In this document: positions 38,341 to 48,779 of the stretch, piece by piece
Numbering within the stretch: position 1 is the stretch's first letter
Layout of the letters: each line of letters begins with the position of its first letter
Virus record (IMG/VR): IMGVR_UViG_3300030106_001081
Coordinates: 1 to 62,280 of that record
Length of the DNA stretch: 62,280 bases
From: a virus
Taxonomy: Duplodnaviria > Caudoviricetes
Direction: 5' to 3' (one strand)
Position numbers and translations under genes: made by a program
Notes under the pieces: model-generated
Seen by the model: the letters and a program-made list of their open reading frames with translations, nothing else
Databases searched by the model: none
Told to the model about the DNA's origin: nothing

Positions 38341-39978
38341 TTAATCAGAAACTGTTACTTTAGCTTCATCTATACCACCTGCTGATATAGTACCACCATC
38401 ATCAGCAGAACCACCAACATCTAACCTATCTTTAAAGTCAGGGCTTGAGCTTGCTGTGTAGGATATTGCCGTTGCTTCTGAAGACGTTCTATTTGTAATA
38501 GTTCTTGAAGCCCCTTGAATCGACCAATTTGTAGGTGTTTGATTAGATGTTGAACCATCACCATGTATAGCGATTGCTCCACTTCTATAGGCTAAAACAA
38601 CACTATCAGAAGGACCAAGACACATGCAGCTTCTTTGATAAAAAGTTCCTTGATTTGCCCCTTTCCAGGACATCCTGGTTTGTTTTGTGCTAGTTGTGTT
38701 TAGCTCGTAAAATACATGTTTTTGCCACTGAATCGTGCCACTACTATTAAAGGCTGCAACCCACATGCCTTGAGCGGAATTTGAAAAGTTTGTTTCAACA
38801 CCTGCAACAATAATATTACCACCAGATTGTATAGCAATACTTCCTAGTTTTAAATAATAACCACTTGTAATGCTTACTTCTCTGGCCCACTGAAAAGCAT
38901 TCGACGAATTAAATTTTGCTACGATACCTGTGTTTCCTTCAGACATCCCTGCACAGTATCTGTTCCCACTTCCATCTACCGCAATGCAACACAAACGTGT
39001 CATCGTACCACCAGAAAAAGTATGCCTTACTCCGCTCCAAGATTGTGCTGTATTATTAGCGGCTCCTCCTAGTGTGAAATTACCAACAACGCCTTTATCG
39101 TTGTCCGTTGTATGACCACAAATTGCATAACTATTCGTTCCTATCTTTGCCACATCCTGCAAGCGAAGAGGATCGCCATCACTATCACTGCAATCAAACG
39201 TGCTATGATCCCCATTACCAAAATCTGTATCAAAGCACTCAATCCAACAAAAGCCGTTACCAGACGTAGAAGCACTATGTTTTCCAAAATGAATGATCTT
39301 GCTGTCAATTATTTTTAAACCACCGTAATCGTGATCGCCACCCACAATATCTGCTGCGTTGCCCAAGTCTGTTACATAATGACCTCCTGATGGAACAGTC
39401 CAATCGCTTGAACCACTATGGTCCATCAACATCATTGTCGTTGCTCTAGCTGTAGCAGCCGTAGTATTTGCTCCATATATGTCCATCGTTGTTATTAAAG
39501 TGTCGCTATCAATAATTCCTAAATTATTGCCATGAGCCATTGTGCTGTTTGGTCTAAAATTACCAGTAGAATAATTGTGAGTACCCCATCGCCCTGTAGA
39601 GCCATCTGACAAATCTAATTCTATTATACCCGCTCCATATTTGAAACTTCCACTTGATGGTTCGGTAAAAACAAAGACATATAGCTTGTTGTTTGTCGAA
39701 TCATAGACAGGATTGCCACCGCCATATCTATTACTGCCATGAAAATATGGATACTGATTTGTCGTTGCTGTTACACCATGTCCATCGGCCCAAACCACTC
39801 CCCAGTAAGCAACGCTGCTTGCTCCGTACCATTCGTTAAAAGACATTTGCGCCTCTGATGACTTACCAATCAACCCACGAATATCTGAATCGTTAATAGA
39901 ACAATTTGTACCTGAAGACCCTCCTGCTTCTACATGAAAGTCATTTAAAGATATTGTGCCACTACTTGCTACGGGCAT
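38341..39978 (-). CDS. putative receptor-binding/adhesin protein
   Basis: N-terminal SSGTISL.D....GG...S.ND..IR.L...WYG module, then a Gly/Ser-rich propeller-like body. Confidence 0.65.
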   Translation of the reverse strand: MPVASSGTISLNDFHVEAGGSSGTNCSINDSDIRGLIGKSSEAQMSFNEWYGASSVAYWGVVWADGHGVTATTNQYPYFHGSNRYGGGNPVYDSTNNKLYVFVFTEPSSGSFKYGAGIIELDLSDGSTGRWGTHNYSTGNFRPNSTMAHGNNLGIIDSDTLITTMDIYGANTTAATARATTMMLMDHSGSSDWTVPSGGHYVTDLGNAADIVGGDHDYGGLKIIDSKIIHFGKHSASTSGNGFCWIECFDTDFGNGDHSTFDCSDSDGDPLRLQDVAKIGTNSYAICGHTTDNDKGVVGNFTLGGAANNTAQSWSGVRHTFSGGTMTRLCCIAVDGSGNRYCAGMSEGNTGIVAKFNSSNAFQWAREVSITSGYYLKLGSIAIQSGGNIIVAGVETNFSNSAQGMWVAAFNSSGTIQWQKHVFYELNTTSTKQTRMSWKGANQGTFYQRSCMCLGPSDSVVLAYRSGAIAIHGDGSTSNQTPTNWSIQGASRTITNRTSSEATAISYTASSSPDFKDRLDVGGSADDGGTISAGGIDEAKVTVSD

Positions 39979-42900
39979 CTAATTTTTCCTCCAAATCCTT
40001 AACTTTAGCTGATAATTCTTTGACGGCTTCAATTAAGTATCCTGTAATATTACCATAGGATACAGATTTGTATTCTTGTGAACTATCTACGAGTTCAGGA
40101 GCAATTTTTTCCAACTCTTGTGCGATAACACCAGAACCTGCTTTAGCGTCTCTTTCATAGTGAACACCACGCATGGCTTCTACTTTAGCCAAAGCTTCTG
40201 GTATAGTGATAATATTATCTTTTAGTCGTTCATCTGAATAAGCAGTTACATTACCTACTGCAGTTACGTTATTAGACTTATCAATCGTAAAAGCAAGACT
40301 TTCATTAGTAAGAAATTTTATATCAGCAGGAACTGTTCCACTTTCTGCTCCATTTTGTACTACCTGTATTTCAGCACCAATGTCAGAAACAGTAGAAGTA
40401 TTTACACCTCTAAACTTAATTGAGCCTAGTGATTCACCATCGACTGTCGCTGCAAAGTTACCAGAATTAGTAGAAGATTTTTGCATTATAATTTCACACT
40501 GATGTGCGTCTGTTGTACTTCTAGTTAAAAGAGATAAAGCTGCGCCCGCAGCAGACGTAGCAATAGATAACTTACCACCATTTACTTGACTCGTCTCACC
40601 AATAGCAACAAAATCACTACCTGCATCGCATACCAAAAGTTGCTCATCCCCAGTTCCTTCAACCCTAAAGTCTACGTCAGCACCACTTTCATTAAAGACT
40701 ACTCCACCGTTGGCTGTAAGAACTCCTGTTTGTGTTAATGTACCTGTTACAGTAAGATTGTCAGCAACTGTAGTTTCAGAAGTAGAATGCCCAAGCGTAA
40801 TAGCTGTGCCAGATATGCCTGTACCTATAGATACAGACTCACTACTATTTGCTGTATCTATAATAAGGTAAGCGTCTGAACCTTGTTTAATTGTAAGAGC
40901 AGTTGCAGAGTTATCAGTTACAGCTACATTTATATCTGTATCATCAGCACTAATAGAATCTAATTTAATATCACCTACGTTAGTAATATTACCATCACCA
41001 AAACTAGTAGAACTACTAGCACTAAGATTAATAATATTACCTGATATAGTTAAATCTGTACCATCACCTTCAATCTTTTCACCATCATCACCAAAAGTTA
41101 AACCTATATTAGCAGGTATATTTATGTCGCCACCTGAACCTACTGTAATTGAAAGATCAGTTCCATCCGATTCAATTTTTTCTGCAGTAGCAAAAGTAAG
41201 TCCAACTCCTGACGGTATATTTACATCAGCTGTAGCTGTTAAATTTATATTGTTACCTGATATAGTTAAATCTGTACCGTCACCTTCAATCTTTTCACCA
41301 TCATCACCGAAAGTTAAACCTATATTAGCAGGTATATTAATATCATTCCCTGAAACAATGTGTAAATCTGTCCCATCACCATAAATATACTCCCCACCTT
41401 TATCAAAGAAATATAAACGTCTATCATCAGCAATACGAACTACTTCATTACCATCATACTGTTGAAACACTAGATCGTCAGAATCTACTTCTAATTTAAT
41501 TAATTGTACGCCTCCCGTACCGTCCATATCTAAGGTTAATTGTAACGTGCCACCATCTTTAAATTCAATATTACCCCCTGCAGCATCTAAAACAATATCG
41601 TCCCCAGAATCTATTGTAATATCAGCGCTTGTACTTCCATTTCCTATTGTAACAGCAGCATCTCCTGCGACTATATCATCTGCGGCGATTGAAGAGGCAG
41701 TAACGTTACTTTGAAAATATGTTTTCATTCTTGATGCAGTTGTTTTTCTGTTTGTGCCGCCTGCACCATCGTCCACAATAAATAAGTCAGCATCAACAAT
41801 CGCAGCGCCAATATCTGTTCCACCATCAATATCTAGGTCTGCAATGTTTATAGAACCGTCTGGAAAAACAGGAGCTTGAGTAAATGTTACAACCCCACTA
41901 CTACTAATTGCCATAGAATCAGAGTCACCTGCGGACCCAATATTACCATCATTGGCAACTTTAATACCCCCACTAAAAAGCGAAGCATCATCTGCCGTAA
42001 GCGCCCCTACACGAAGATTAGCGTAATCGTCAAGGTCTACGTTACCTGTAGTCGTTCCCGCTTCATCATTAGTATTTGCAACCACAAAAGTATCTGCAGA
42101 TTCATCCCAAAGAAAACCTACGTTTTGTGTATTAGAAGAAGACCCATCACCTCTAGTAAAAATAATACCTTGATCGTTAGCACTACCTGTATACCCTTGA
42201 CCTAATTTAATAAGATGGTCAGATACAGTTGTATTAGTTGTAGCTACTGTAGTGGTTGTTCCATTAATTGTAAGATCACCTGTTACAGTAAGATTATCGT
42301 TTATGGTGGTTTCAGACGTACCATGTCCAATAGATATAGGAACACCAGAAGTTGCAGTACCAATAGTAATACCGTTTGATGTATTTGAATTGTCAATATT
42401 TAACGTAGTTGTACTATCTAATGATATGTTAGACCCATCAACAACAAGTGTACCATCTATATCTGTATTATCTAAGTTAGCAGTGCCGCCCACACTTAAA
42501 TCTGTGCCAACATATAATTTTTTAGCTATACTCGCCCCACCTTCAAGACGTAAAGCTCCTGTATCTCCTGTAGCATCACTAGAGTCAGTGGTATCAGTTA
42601 TATCAATTACACCTGAAACGGTTACTGTGGACGTAGGACTTAAATTTATATTGTTACCTGATATAGTTAAATCTGTACCGTCACCTTCAATCTTCTCACC
42701 ATCATTACCGAAAGTTACTCCTATATCAGCGGGTATATTAATGTCTCCTCCTGAACCTACTGTAATTGAAAGGTCAGTTCCGTCTGACTCAATTTTTTCT
42801 GTAGTTGCAAAAGTAAGCCCAACTCCTGATGGTATATTTACATCAGCCGTAGCTGTTAGATTTATATTATTACCTGATATAGTTAAATCTGTACCGTTAC

Positions 42901-44440
42901 CTTCTATCTTCTCTCCATCATCACCAAAAGTTAGACCAACATTGGCAGGGATATTAATATCTGTAGTAGCAGTAAGATTAAGATCGGCTGAAGCACTAAT
43001 AGTTAAATCTGTACCATCACCTTCAATTTTTTCACCATCATCACCGAAAGTTAACCCTATACTAGCAGGTATATTTATGTCCCCACCTGAACCTACACTG
43101 ATGCTAATATCTGTTCCATCTGATTCTATCTTCTCATTTCCAGAGCCATCAAGAACTAAACCTACACCTGAAGGAATAATAACGTCTGAGGTAGCAGCTA
43201 AATTTATTTTACCCCCAGAAGTAATCGTTAAATCTGTGTTATCACCTTCTATTTTTTCACCAGTACCAAATGTAATACCTACATCAGCAGGAACAACTAC
43301 ATCAGCCGTAGCTGTTAAATTTATATTGTTACCTGATATAGTTAAATCTGTACCGTCACCTTCAATTTTCTCAGCATCATCGCCGAAAGTTAAACCAACA
43401 TTAGCAGGGATATTGATGTCTGTAGTAGCGGTAAGATTAAGATCATTAGAAGAATTAATAGTTAAATCTGTACCATTACCCTCTATCTTCTCCCCATCAT
43501 CACCAAAAGTAACTCCAATATTAGCGGGTATATTTATGTCCCCACCTGAACCCACAGTTATAGAAAGATCAGTACCATCAGACTCTATTTTTTCCGCAGT
43601 AGCAAAAGTAAGCCCAACACCTGATGGTATGTTTACATCTGCAACGGCAGTTAGATTTATATTATTACCTGATATAGTTAAGTCAGTACCATCACCTTCA
43701 ATCTTCTCCCCATCATCACCAAAAGTTAAACCTATATTGGCGGGTATGTTAACATCTCCATTTGCTGCTGCTTCAAGTTCTATATCTCCGCCAGAGTCTA
43801 GAGTTATTGTTGTTCCTACAGCTTCAAATGTACCATCTGCGGTTATAGTTATATTTGCCGCCGCCGCCGCTGTATCAGTGGTTGTAATAGCTAGAGTGCC
43901 GTTAGTGCCTACAGTCATTACAGCCGTGTCATCCGTAGAACCTGTCATGGTAATAACTTTACCATCTATGGCTACATCATCTACAGTAAGTGCAGTGGCG
44001 ACAGTTGTACCCGCAAGATTTACATCTGTTAATAAATCATAAACAGCAGCGCCAGAACCTTGTCCATCAGTAGCTATCATCTTAACTTGCCCTGCTGCAA
44101 TATCTACAGTTGCTCCAGTGCCTTGTTTCATTGTAAGCGTATAACTTGTAGTATTTTCTATTAACCAAACTTTGCTAAGATCGTTTGGTTTTAAAGTTAC
44201 CGTACAAGCTTGACCACCGCCTGTAAGTTTTAAGTATAAAGACCTTGCTTGGTCAGAAGCCCCATCAGCAACTGTTATATCATGAGTAGAAGCATTAGCC
44301 ACTGCTTCCCCAGTAAAACTATAACTAAAAGCTTCAGCGATTAACTCTAAATTTGTATTAGTCGTTGCCCCCCAGTCACCCGACTGTTCACCTGTTCCTA
44401 TCTCTTCTAATCTAAGATGATTTGTATATACACTTGCCAT
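39962..44440 (-). CDS. long tail fibre with internal repeats and C-terminal intramolecular chaperone (peptidase S74)
   Basis: GEQSGDWG.TTN.NL N-terminus; 13 EKIE(G/S)-GTDL-type repeats; YSDERLKDNI..GVIAQE..coiled coil. Confidence 0.85.
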   Translation of the reverse strand: MASVYTNHLRLEEIGTGEQSGDWGATTNTNLELIAEAFSYSFTGEAVANASTHDITVADGASDQARSLYLKLTGGGQACTVTLKPNDLSKVWLIENTTSYTLTMKQGTGATVDIAAGQVKMIATDGQGSGAAVYDLLTDVNLAGTTVATALTVDDVAIDGKVITMTGSTDDTAVMTVGTNGTLAITTTDTAAAAANITITADGTFEAVGTTITLDSGGDIELEAAANGDVNIPANIGLTFGDDGEKIEGDGTDLTISGNNINLTAVADVNIPSGVGLTFATAEKIESDGTDLSITVGSGGDINIPANIGVTFGDDGEKIEGNGTDLTINSSNDLNLTATTDINIPANVGLTFGDDAEKIEGDGTDLTISGNNINLTATADVVVPADVGITFGTGEKIEGDNTDLTITSGGKINLAATSDVIIPSGVGLVLDGSGNEKIESDGTDISISVGSGGDINIPASIGLTFGDDGEKIEGDGTDLTISASADLNLTATTDINIPANVGLTFGDDGEKIEGNGTDLTISGNNINLTATADVNIPSGVGLTFATTEKIESDGTDLSITVGSGGDINIPADIGVTFGNDGEKIEGDGTDLTISGNNINLSPTSTVTVSGVIDITDTTDSSDATGDTGALRLEGGASIAKKLYVGTDLSVGGTANLDNTDIDGTLVVDGSNISLDSTTTLNIDNSNTSNGITIGTATSGVPISIGHGTSETTINDNLTVTGDLTINGTTTTVATTNTTVSDHLIKLGQGYTGSANDQGIIFTRGDGSSSNTQNVGFLWDESADTFVVANTNDEAGTTTGNVDLDDYANLRVGALTADDASLFSGGIKVANDGNIGSAGDSDSMAISSSGVVTFTQAPVFPDGSINIADLDIDGGTDIGAAIVDADLFIVDDGAGGTNRKTTASRMKTYFQSNVTASSIAADDIVAGDAAVTIGNGSTSADITIDSGDDIVLDAAGGNIEFKDGGTLQLTLDMDGTGGVQLIKLEVDSDDLVFQQYDGNEVVRIADDRRLYFFDKGGEYIYGDGTDLHIVSGNDINIPANIGLTFGDDGEKIEGDGTDLTISGNNINLTATADVNIPSGVGLTFATAEKIESDGTDLSITVGSGGDINIPANIGLTFGDDGEKIEGDGTDLTISGNIINLSASSSTSFGDGNITNVGDIKLDSISADDTDINVAVTDNSATALTIKQGSDAYLIIDTANSSESVSIGTGISGTAITLGHSTSETTVADNLTVTGTLTQTGVLTANGGVVFNESGADVDFRVEGTGDEQLLVCDAGSDFVAIGETSQVNGGKLSIATSAAGAALSLLTRSTTDAHQCEIIMQKSSTNSGNFAATVDGESLGSIKFRGVNTSTVSDIGAEIQVVQNGAESGTVPADIKFLTNESLAFTIDKSNNVTAVGNVTAYSDERLKDNIITIPEALAKVEAMRGVHYERDAKAGSGVIAQELEKIAPELVDSSQEYKSVSYGNITGYLIEAVKELSAKVKDLEEKLDARSK

Positions 44441-44451
44441 ATCTTAATCCT

Positions 44452-44892
44452 CTAACCGATTCTTATTATTGCAGTAGTAGCAGACGAAACGGGAAATGTA
44501 ACTGTAAAAGTTTCACTGCTTGTCGTTTTATCAGCCCCGAAGTCTAGCACAGCAACTGCAGGGTTTGTACCCCCAGACTTATATATTAACGCCCCTCTCG
44601 CTGTTATGGATGAACTTGTCCATGTCGTGTCAGAAAAATCTAAATATGCTACAGTCCCATCTGTATCATTTGTGGGATTAGTAGCTATTGTTAACGTGTT
44701 ACCACCCGCTGTATAACCTGTGCCTGAAATCTCATTGGTCGTTGAATATGCTGTAGTAGTGGCATCAAGAGTTGCATCTGAGGTATATAAAGCAATTTTA
44801 AAAGTTTGTGATGTGTCACTACTAAAGTCCATCTCTCCATTTAGAAGAGCAACTTTAAAAGACGTACACATGTAATTACCAGTAAAAGCCAT
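44452..44892 (-). CDS. virion structural protein
   Basis: CTSFK..LL, FKIALYT, GYTAGG, TARGALIY motifs. Confidence 0.7.
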   Translation of the reverse strand: MAFTGNYMCTSFKVALLNGEMDFSSDTSQTFKIALYTSDATLDATTTAYSTTNEISGTGYTAGGNTLTIATNPTNDTDGTVAYLDFSDTTWTSSSITARGALIYKSGGTNPAVAVLDFGADKTTSSETFTVTFPVSSATTAIIRIG

Positions 44893-45536
44893 TAAGTAGC
44901 ATCCTGCCTATATTGTCCAGAACGATAACTGTCCTGTCGTAGTTTACCATCTACAGTATTCTTTAGTAACCCCAAAGATAATGCGTATTGCTTTTCATAC
45001 ATTGCAACGACATCAGCCTCACCTTTTTGAAACCGTATAGCTTCCACCAAAGCACCATTTAACAACGCTGAGTCAAAATTATCTCCAAGATATGTACCTC
45101 CTGCGGTCACTATGGATGTGGGGTACTTAGCATATGTATGTTCAATTTCATAATTTTGATCTGGAGTTGGAGCTAACATTAAATTTACAGTTGACCCAGT
45201 GGTTTTATGGTAAGCATAAAACTTAGGGCGACCTTGTTTTGCACTTGTAGTTATAGGGTATGCGTCCCGCAAAAAGTTAACATCTTTATTTAATAAATAA
45301 TATATCGTGTTACTATCAATTATAGCAATACTGTAAGTATATAAAAACCCGCTTGGAGGAACATAAAACTTGTTTGTGGCTGTTAAAGGTCCACTATCTA
45401 CATTACGCATAGAAGGTAATTCTACAGCATTAAATATTTTTTGTTCTGCCTGTTGCGTAAACATAGCAAGTTGGTCATCTGTAAATGTCGTTTCGCAAAT
45501 GTCTGCTATATTTGTTTTAAGAGAAGTATAATTCAT
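44892..45536 (-). CDS. putative tail adaptor (tail tubular A-like)
   Basis: MNY..L...I, G.PKFYA, LAPTPDQNY, LL.G.L.EA. Confidence 0.65.
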   Translation of the reverse strand: MNYTSLKTNIADICETTFTDDQLAMFTQQAEQKIFNAVELPSMRNVDSGPLTATNKFYVPPSGFLYTYSIAIIDSNTIYYLLNKDVNFLRDAYPITTSAKQGRPKFYAYHKTTGSTVNLMLAPTPDQNYEIEHTYAKYPTSIVTAGGTYLGDNFDSALLNGALVEAIRFQKGEADVVAMYEKQYALSLGLLKNTVDGKLRQDSYRSGQYRQDAT

Positions 45537-45539
45537 ATA

Positions 45540-45893
45540 TTACCCCGTTGTTACCGTAACATCGCCCACTGCGCCTGTTGCTTGTAGATTATTGGGACTC
45601 AATCCGTAAATATTTTTAGCATCACCCACAGGGTCCCAACCCCATTGAATATTCCTACTACTACTTCGCCCTGCAAAATCAGGACGTGGGTTACGTATAG
45701 CCTGCGGGTCATTTACAGGGAACAACCCAAGTTTATTCTGTGGATGATCTGGACTCCAACACTCAATGCAAGCGAGTAAGTTTGTATCTCGTCCACGAAC
45801 AACTAAGTTTTTCAAGTTTTTCAGTTTATACTGAAAACCACAAATATCACATTCTGCTATTGCTCTTTTATTTGATGCAAAAGCTTTAGCCAT
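45540..45893 (-). CDS. CxxC-CxxC conserved late protein
   Basis: CDICG...CIECW..DHPQ..DPQA.R.PRP. Confidence 0.7.
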   Translation of the reverse strand: MAKAFASNKRAIAECDICGFQYKLKNLKNLVVRGRDTNLLACIECWSPDHPQNKLGLFPVNDPQAIRNPRPDFAGRSSSRNIQWGWDPVGDAKNIYGLSPNNLQATGAVGDVTVTTG

Positions 45894-46582
45894 TATATCC
45901 TCCCTACACGGGGAACAAACCGTTCAGAAGTCTTTTCTCTATCTTCACCTGCTGCAAGTGCGTATTGTTCTTCATAAGCTGCTTTTAACATAGTCATACG
46001 ATCTGCAAGTTCAGGCACTTTCATAGCAATATGATAAGCCAAACCTGCTACAAGACAGGGTAAAAATCTAAAATTCATATCTGCGGTTTCAACACCATTA
46101 CCTGCATCTTCAACTCTACGGAGCCTCCAATATACAAAAGTATAAGTGGTGGAGTCATCAGGTACAGGCCATAGATTTATTCTAGGTGCAGCACGTAGTC
46201 GCTCAACCCACACCTGAATAGGTCTACCCCGTGTTAACTTGTTAGGGATAGATGCGTAAGTACTCACACCTATACGACTTATGGTGAGATCGGCTTGGGT
46301 AGTTGTATTACCTGCGTCAGTCCTAATTACATGGTCAAGCAGATCAATAGTATCAGCAGGTAATGTATATTGAGCGGTTCCTGCAGTTAAAGTTTGAGTT
46401 CCGCTATCTATAGTCCAAAGATTTAAACCCCTGTTCTGCCACTCAATAGTCATTAAATTCATAGACCTACGAGCAGTTCTCAAATCGTAACCAGAACGCA
46501 TTTCACGACCTGCACGTTCCCACGCTTCTTCAGCGATCTCCGTGAAGTCCATATCAAAGGCAGTAGTCCCTGAAGTAGCCAT
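45893..46582 (-). CDS. putative head-tail adaptor
   Basis: EEAWER.G, ARRS.NL...W.NRG.NLW, LWPVPD. Confidence 0.7.
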   Translation of the reverse strand: MATSGTTAFDMDFTEIAEEAWERAGREMRSGYDLRTARRSMNLMTIEWQNRGLNLWTIDSGTQTLTAGTAQYTLPADTIDLLDHVIRTDAGNTTTQADLTISRIGVSTYASIPNKLTRGRPIQVWVERLRAAPRINLWPVPDDSTTYTFVYWRLRRVEDAGNGVETADMNFRFLPCLVAGLAYHIAMKVPELADRMTMLKAAYEEQYALAAGEDREKTSERFVPRVGRI

Positions 46583-46585
46583 ATA

Positions 46586-46861
46586 TTACTCCTTAAAGAA
46601 GTCTTCCACTTCTACTAATAATTCTTTCTTGCTCTTTCGCCTGTCAAGCTCAACACCATGTTCTCGCATCATTGCTTCTAATTCTAACTTTGACATAGAT
46701 TTGTAACTAGAAGTTGATCCACCGTTAACTAGTGCTTCTGCCTCTGATAGACTTAAAGCCTTCTCGACAACAAGCTCACCGCCCTTACTATTGTCACGGA
46801 CATTATACAAAGAATTACCATCTTTATCCGTGCCTATTTCTACCATCTTTAAATCTGCCAT
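46586..46861 (-). CDS. small protein with C-terminal Rho-N/HeH-like motif
   Basis: MSKLELEAM.REHGVELDRRKSK.EL. Confidence 0.65.
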   Translation of the reverse strand: MADLKMVEIGTDKDGNSLYNVRDNSKGGELVVEKALSLSEAEALVNGGSTSSYKSMSKLELEAMMREHGVELDRRKSKKELLVEVEDFFKE

Positions 46862-46870
46862 ACTCGTCTC

Positions 46871-47083
46871 CTAAGTATATAAAGTTTTCTTACGTTTATT
46901 CTCCATGATAGCGCCACAACCTCGTGCTATACTTCTCTTTCTTCTAGCAAGACCTCCGTTTTTAAAACCTTCTTCTTCAGTTATTCTTTTATAAGCAGCG
47001 GGATACTCTTTAAATAAATCTGATAAAGCTTCTGCGTCGCCGTCTCTTGCTAAAGATATTAATTGTTGTTGTCTGGTACTCAT
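46871..47083 (-). CDS. small basic late protein
   Basis: FKNGGLARRKR..ARGCGA. Confidence 0.65.
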   Translation of the reverse strand: MSTRQQQLISLARDGDAEALSDLFKEYPAAYKRITEEEGFKNGGLARRKRSIARGCGAIMENKRKKTLYT

Positions 47084-47349
47084 CTTCGTCTCCTAGCTAA
47101 CCCGCCTTGTCGCATTTTCACTGTAGCAGGTTTTGTGTTTTTTACTACAGTTTTTCCCTTTGAACCTTCTCGCTTCTTTTTCTTAGCTGTTGCAGCTCTT
47201 TGAGATTGGCTTAAACTACTGGCCTTGCTTCTTGGTAAGCATCTATCGGGGTTCTTCTTATCTTTAGAAGTACCGCACTTACCTTTTATTTTTCCGTCCG
47301 TACCAATACGGACCCAATCTTGTTTAACCCAATCTTTAAGAGCGCCCAT
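47080..47349 (-). CDS. small basic late protein
   Basis: L.DW.KQDWV.IG...CG...RCLP; MRQGGLARRRR. Confidence 0.75.
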   Translation of the reverse strand: MGALKDWVKQDWVRIGTDGKIKGKCGTSKDKKNPDRCLPRSKASSLSQSQRAATAKKKKREGSKGKTVVKNTKPATVKMRQGGLARRRR

Positions 47350-47489
47350 TACTTTTTCTTCTTCTTCTTTTTAGTGGCAGAACTTACAACCTTTTCAAGT
47401 TTTTTAGCCTGCCCTGCATGTGAACGAGAAGCTTTCTTTAATGCCCGTGCAACACGTTTAACAGTTGATTTTTTTCTTGCACTTAACAT
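47349..47489 (-). CDS. small basic late protein (46 aa)
   Basis: MLSARKKST...KASRSHAGQAK...KKKK*, TAATG coupling at both ends. Confidence 0.65.
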   Translation of the reverse strand: MLSARKKSTVKRVARALKKASRSHAGQAKKLEKVVSSATKKKKKKK

Positions 47490-47656
47490 TATTTCTTCTT
47501 CTTTTTGCCCTTACTACCTTTTGCATAGTTAGGGTCTTTACAATATTTAGAAGCAGCCATATTAGCATAAGCGCTTGGATAAGTATCAAAGGTTCGTTTT
47601 GCCCAAGCTTTACCTTTTGGACAAATCTTACCTCCAGATTTATAATATCTACGCAT
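47489..47656 (-). CDS. small basic late protein (55 aa)
   Basis: MRRYYKSGGKICPKGKAWAKRTFDTYPSAYAN..., GAGGT RBS. Confidence 0.7.
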   Translation of the reverse strand: MRRYYKSGGKICPKGKAWAKRTFDTYPSAYANMAASKYCKDPNYAKGSKGKKKKK

Positions 47657-47658
47657 GA

Positions 47659-47985
47659 CTACCTCATTTTAACAGGACGTACACCTTTTTTAGCTATACC
47701 TGATCCACGTACCTTAGACTTCTTGCCACCGTTAGCTGCGCCTTTGGTTTTGCCGCCCGCCATCATTTTCTTAACCATTTTGCCCTTGGCATAACCCTTC
47801 TTCATCATGCCGCCTGCTTTCATCATTTTAAAATCATCACCAGATATTTTTCCATCGTTATTTTTATCTAGTTTTTTCTGCCCACCAACAAGTTTACCTG
47901 CAGCCATCATTTTCTTGGCTTTGCCACCTGCCATCATCTTCTTGACCATTTTGCCTTTAGCCATCATTTTCTTTTTCATCTTCAT
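47659..47985 (-). CDS. Met/Lys/Gly-rich basic late protein with EF-hand-like loop
   Basis: AKGKMVKKMMAGGK twice; DKNNDGKISGDD; RGSGIA.KG. Confidence 0.7.
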   Translation of the reverse strand: MKMKKKMMAKGKMVKKMMAGGKAKKMMAAGKLVGGQKKLDKNNDGKISGDDFKMMKAGGMMKKGYAKGKMVKKMMAGGKTKGAANGGKKSKVRGSGIAKKGVRPVKMR

Positions 47986-48661
47986 CTTCTTCTTCCTTAT
48001 ACAAGTTGTTGAAAACACGTTGAGTATCCCACACATATTCATGATTTTGTTTAGAATGAAAAATGTGTTGGTTTGGTCTAAAGTCTGGTGCGCCTTCACC
48101 AGTCTCAAACCACGCAGGGTGCGTGACCCGAACTCTATTATTGGGTAAAGCAACAATATTACCCGTATACTCACCTGCGTCTAACAACTCCAAAACATGG
48201 CTTTGTTTATGCTGTGCAGGGTCGTCCGCTACTTCACTGTTTGTATAATCCACAGTAAAATAGTATTTCGCAGGATAGAACTCTCCATCAACCTTTGCTA
48301 TCCAAGGTGCAGGGCTTGCTCTATTCAAGACATAGACTGAATGATCGTGAGACATACAATCCCAAGGTTGTGCTATGTAAGGTGGTAATTCTGTGGGCCA
48401 CTCTTCATAAGTCACATCAGCAACAAGAGCTGTTAACGGCATTCTTGCCCACATAGCCCCACCGTGTACGTTAGGCTCATCCGTATCATCAGTTTCACAC
48501 CCAGTAAATATTACTTGGAAACTAAGAGTCCTATTCGGCATTGTTGTTACTGCAACCACCATAGCGTGTAAAAATTCTCCGTGATACTCTATAAAATTCT
48601 TCGTGTACTCTCTTCTCACCCATGCTTTAAAATAAGGTATATTACTTTGTAGATATGCCAT
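47957..48661 (-). CDS. conserved hypothetical late protein (234 aa)
   Basis: Long clean ORF; GGAMWARMP, YYFTVD, ALPNNR. Confidence 0.8.
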   Translation of the reverse strand: MAYLQSNIPYFKAWVRREYTKNFIEYHGEFLHAMVVAVTTMPNRTLSFQVIFTGCETDDTDEPNVHGGAMWARMPLTALVADVTYEEWPTELPPYIAQPWDCMSHDHSVYVLNRASPAPWIAKVDGEFYPAKYYFTVDYTNSEVADDPAQHKQSHVLELLDAGEYTGNIVALPNNRVRVTHPAWFETGEGAPDFRPNQHIFHSKQNHEYVWDTQRVFNNLYKEEEDEDEKENDG

Positions 48662-48779
48662 CCTTCTTTTTTCTCTCCTTCTCCGCTGCCTTTTTTCTCT
48701 TCTGCGAGAGTTTAGACATTTTATTTTTCATTGGTGGGTTCATTATTTGTTTACCCATTTGTGCGCGAGATATAGCCAT
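48642..48779 (-). CDS. small basic protein starting MAISRAQ (45 aa)
   Basis: MAISRAQMGKQIMNPPMK...; TAATG coupling with the upstream gene. Confidence 0.6.
   Translation of the reverse strand: MAISRAQMGKQIMNPPMKNKMSKLSQKRKKAAEKERKKKDGISTK

Noticed and set aside
42252-44042. 596-aa + strand ORF
   Set aside because: Antisense shadow of the repetitive tail fibre; no RBS and opposite to the operon direction
38341-44440. Diversity-generating retroelement or invertase-driven fibre switching
   Set aside because: No reverse transcriptase or recombinase, and no adenine-specific template/variable repeat pair seen
47986-48174. Hydrophobic N-terminal extension of ORF 47659..48174
   Set aside because: Lies within the 234-aa gene; the likely start is ATG 47985
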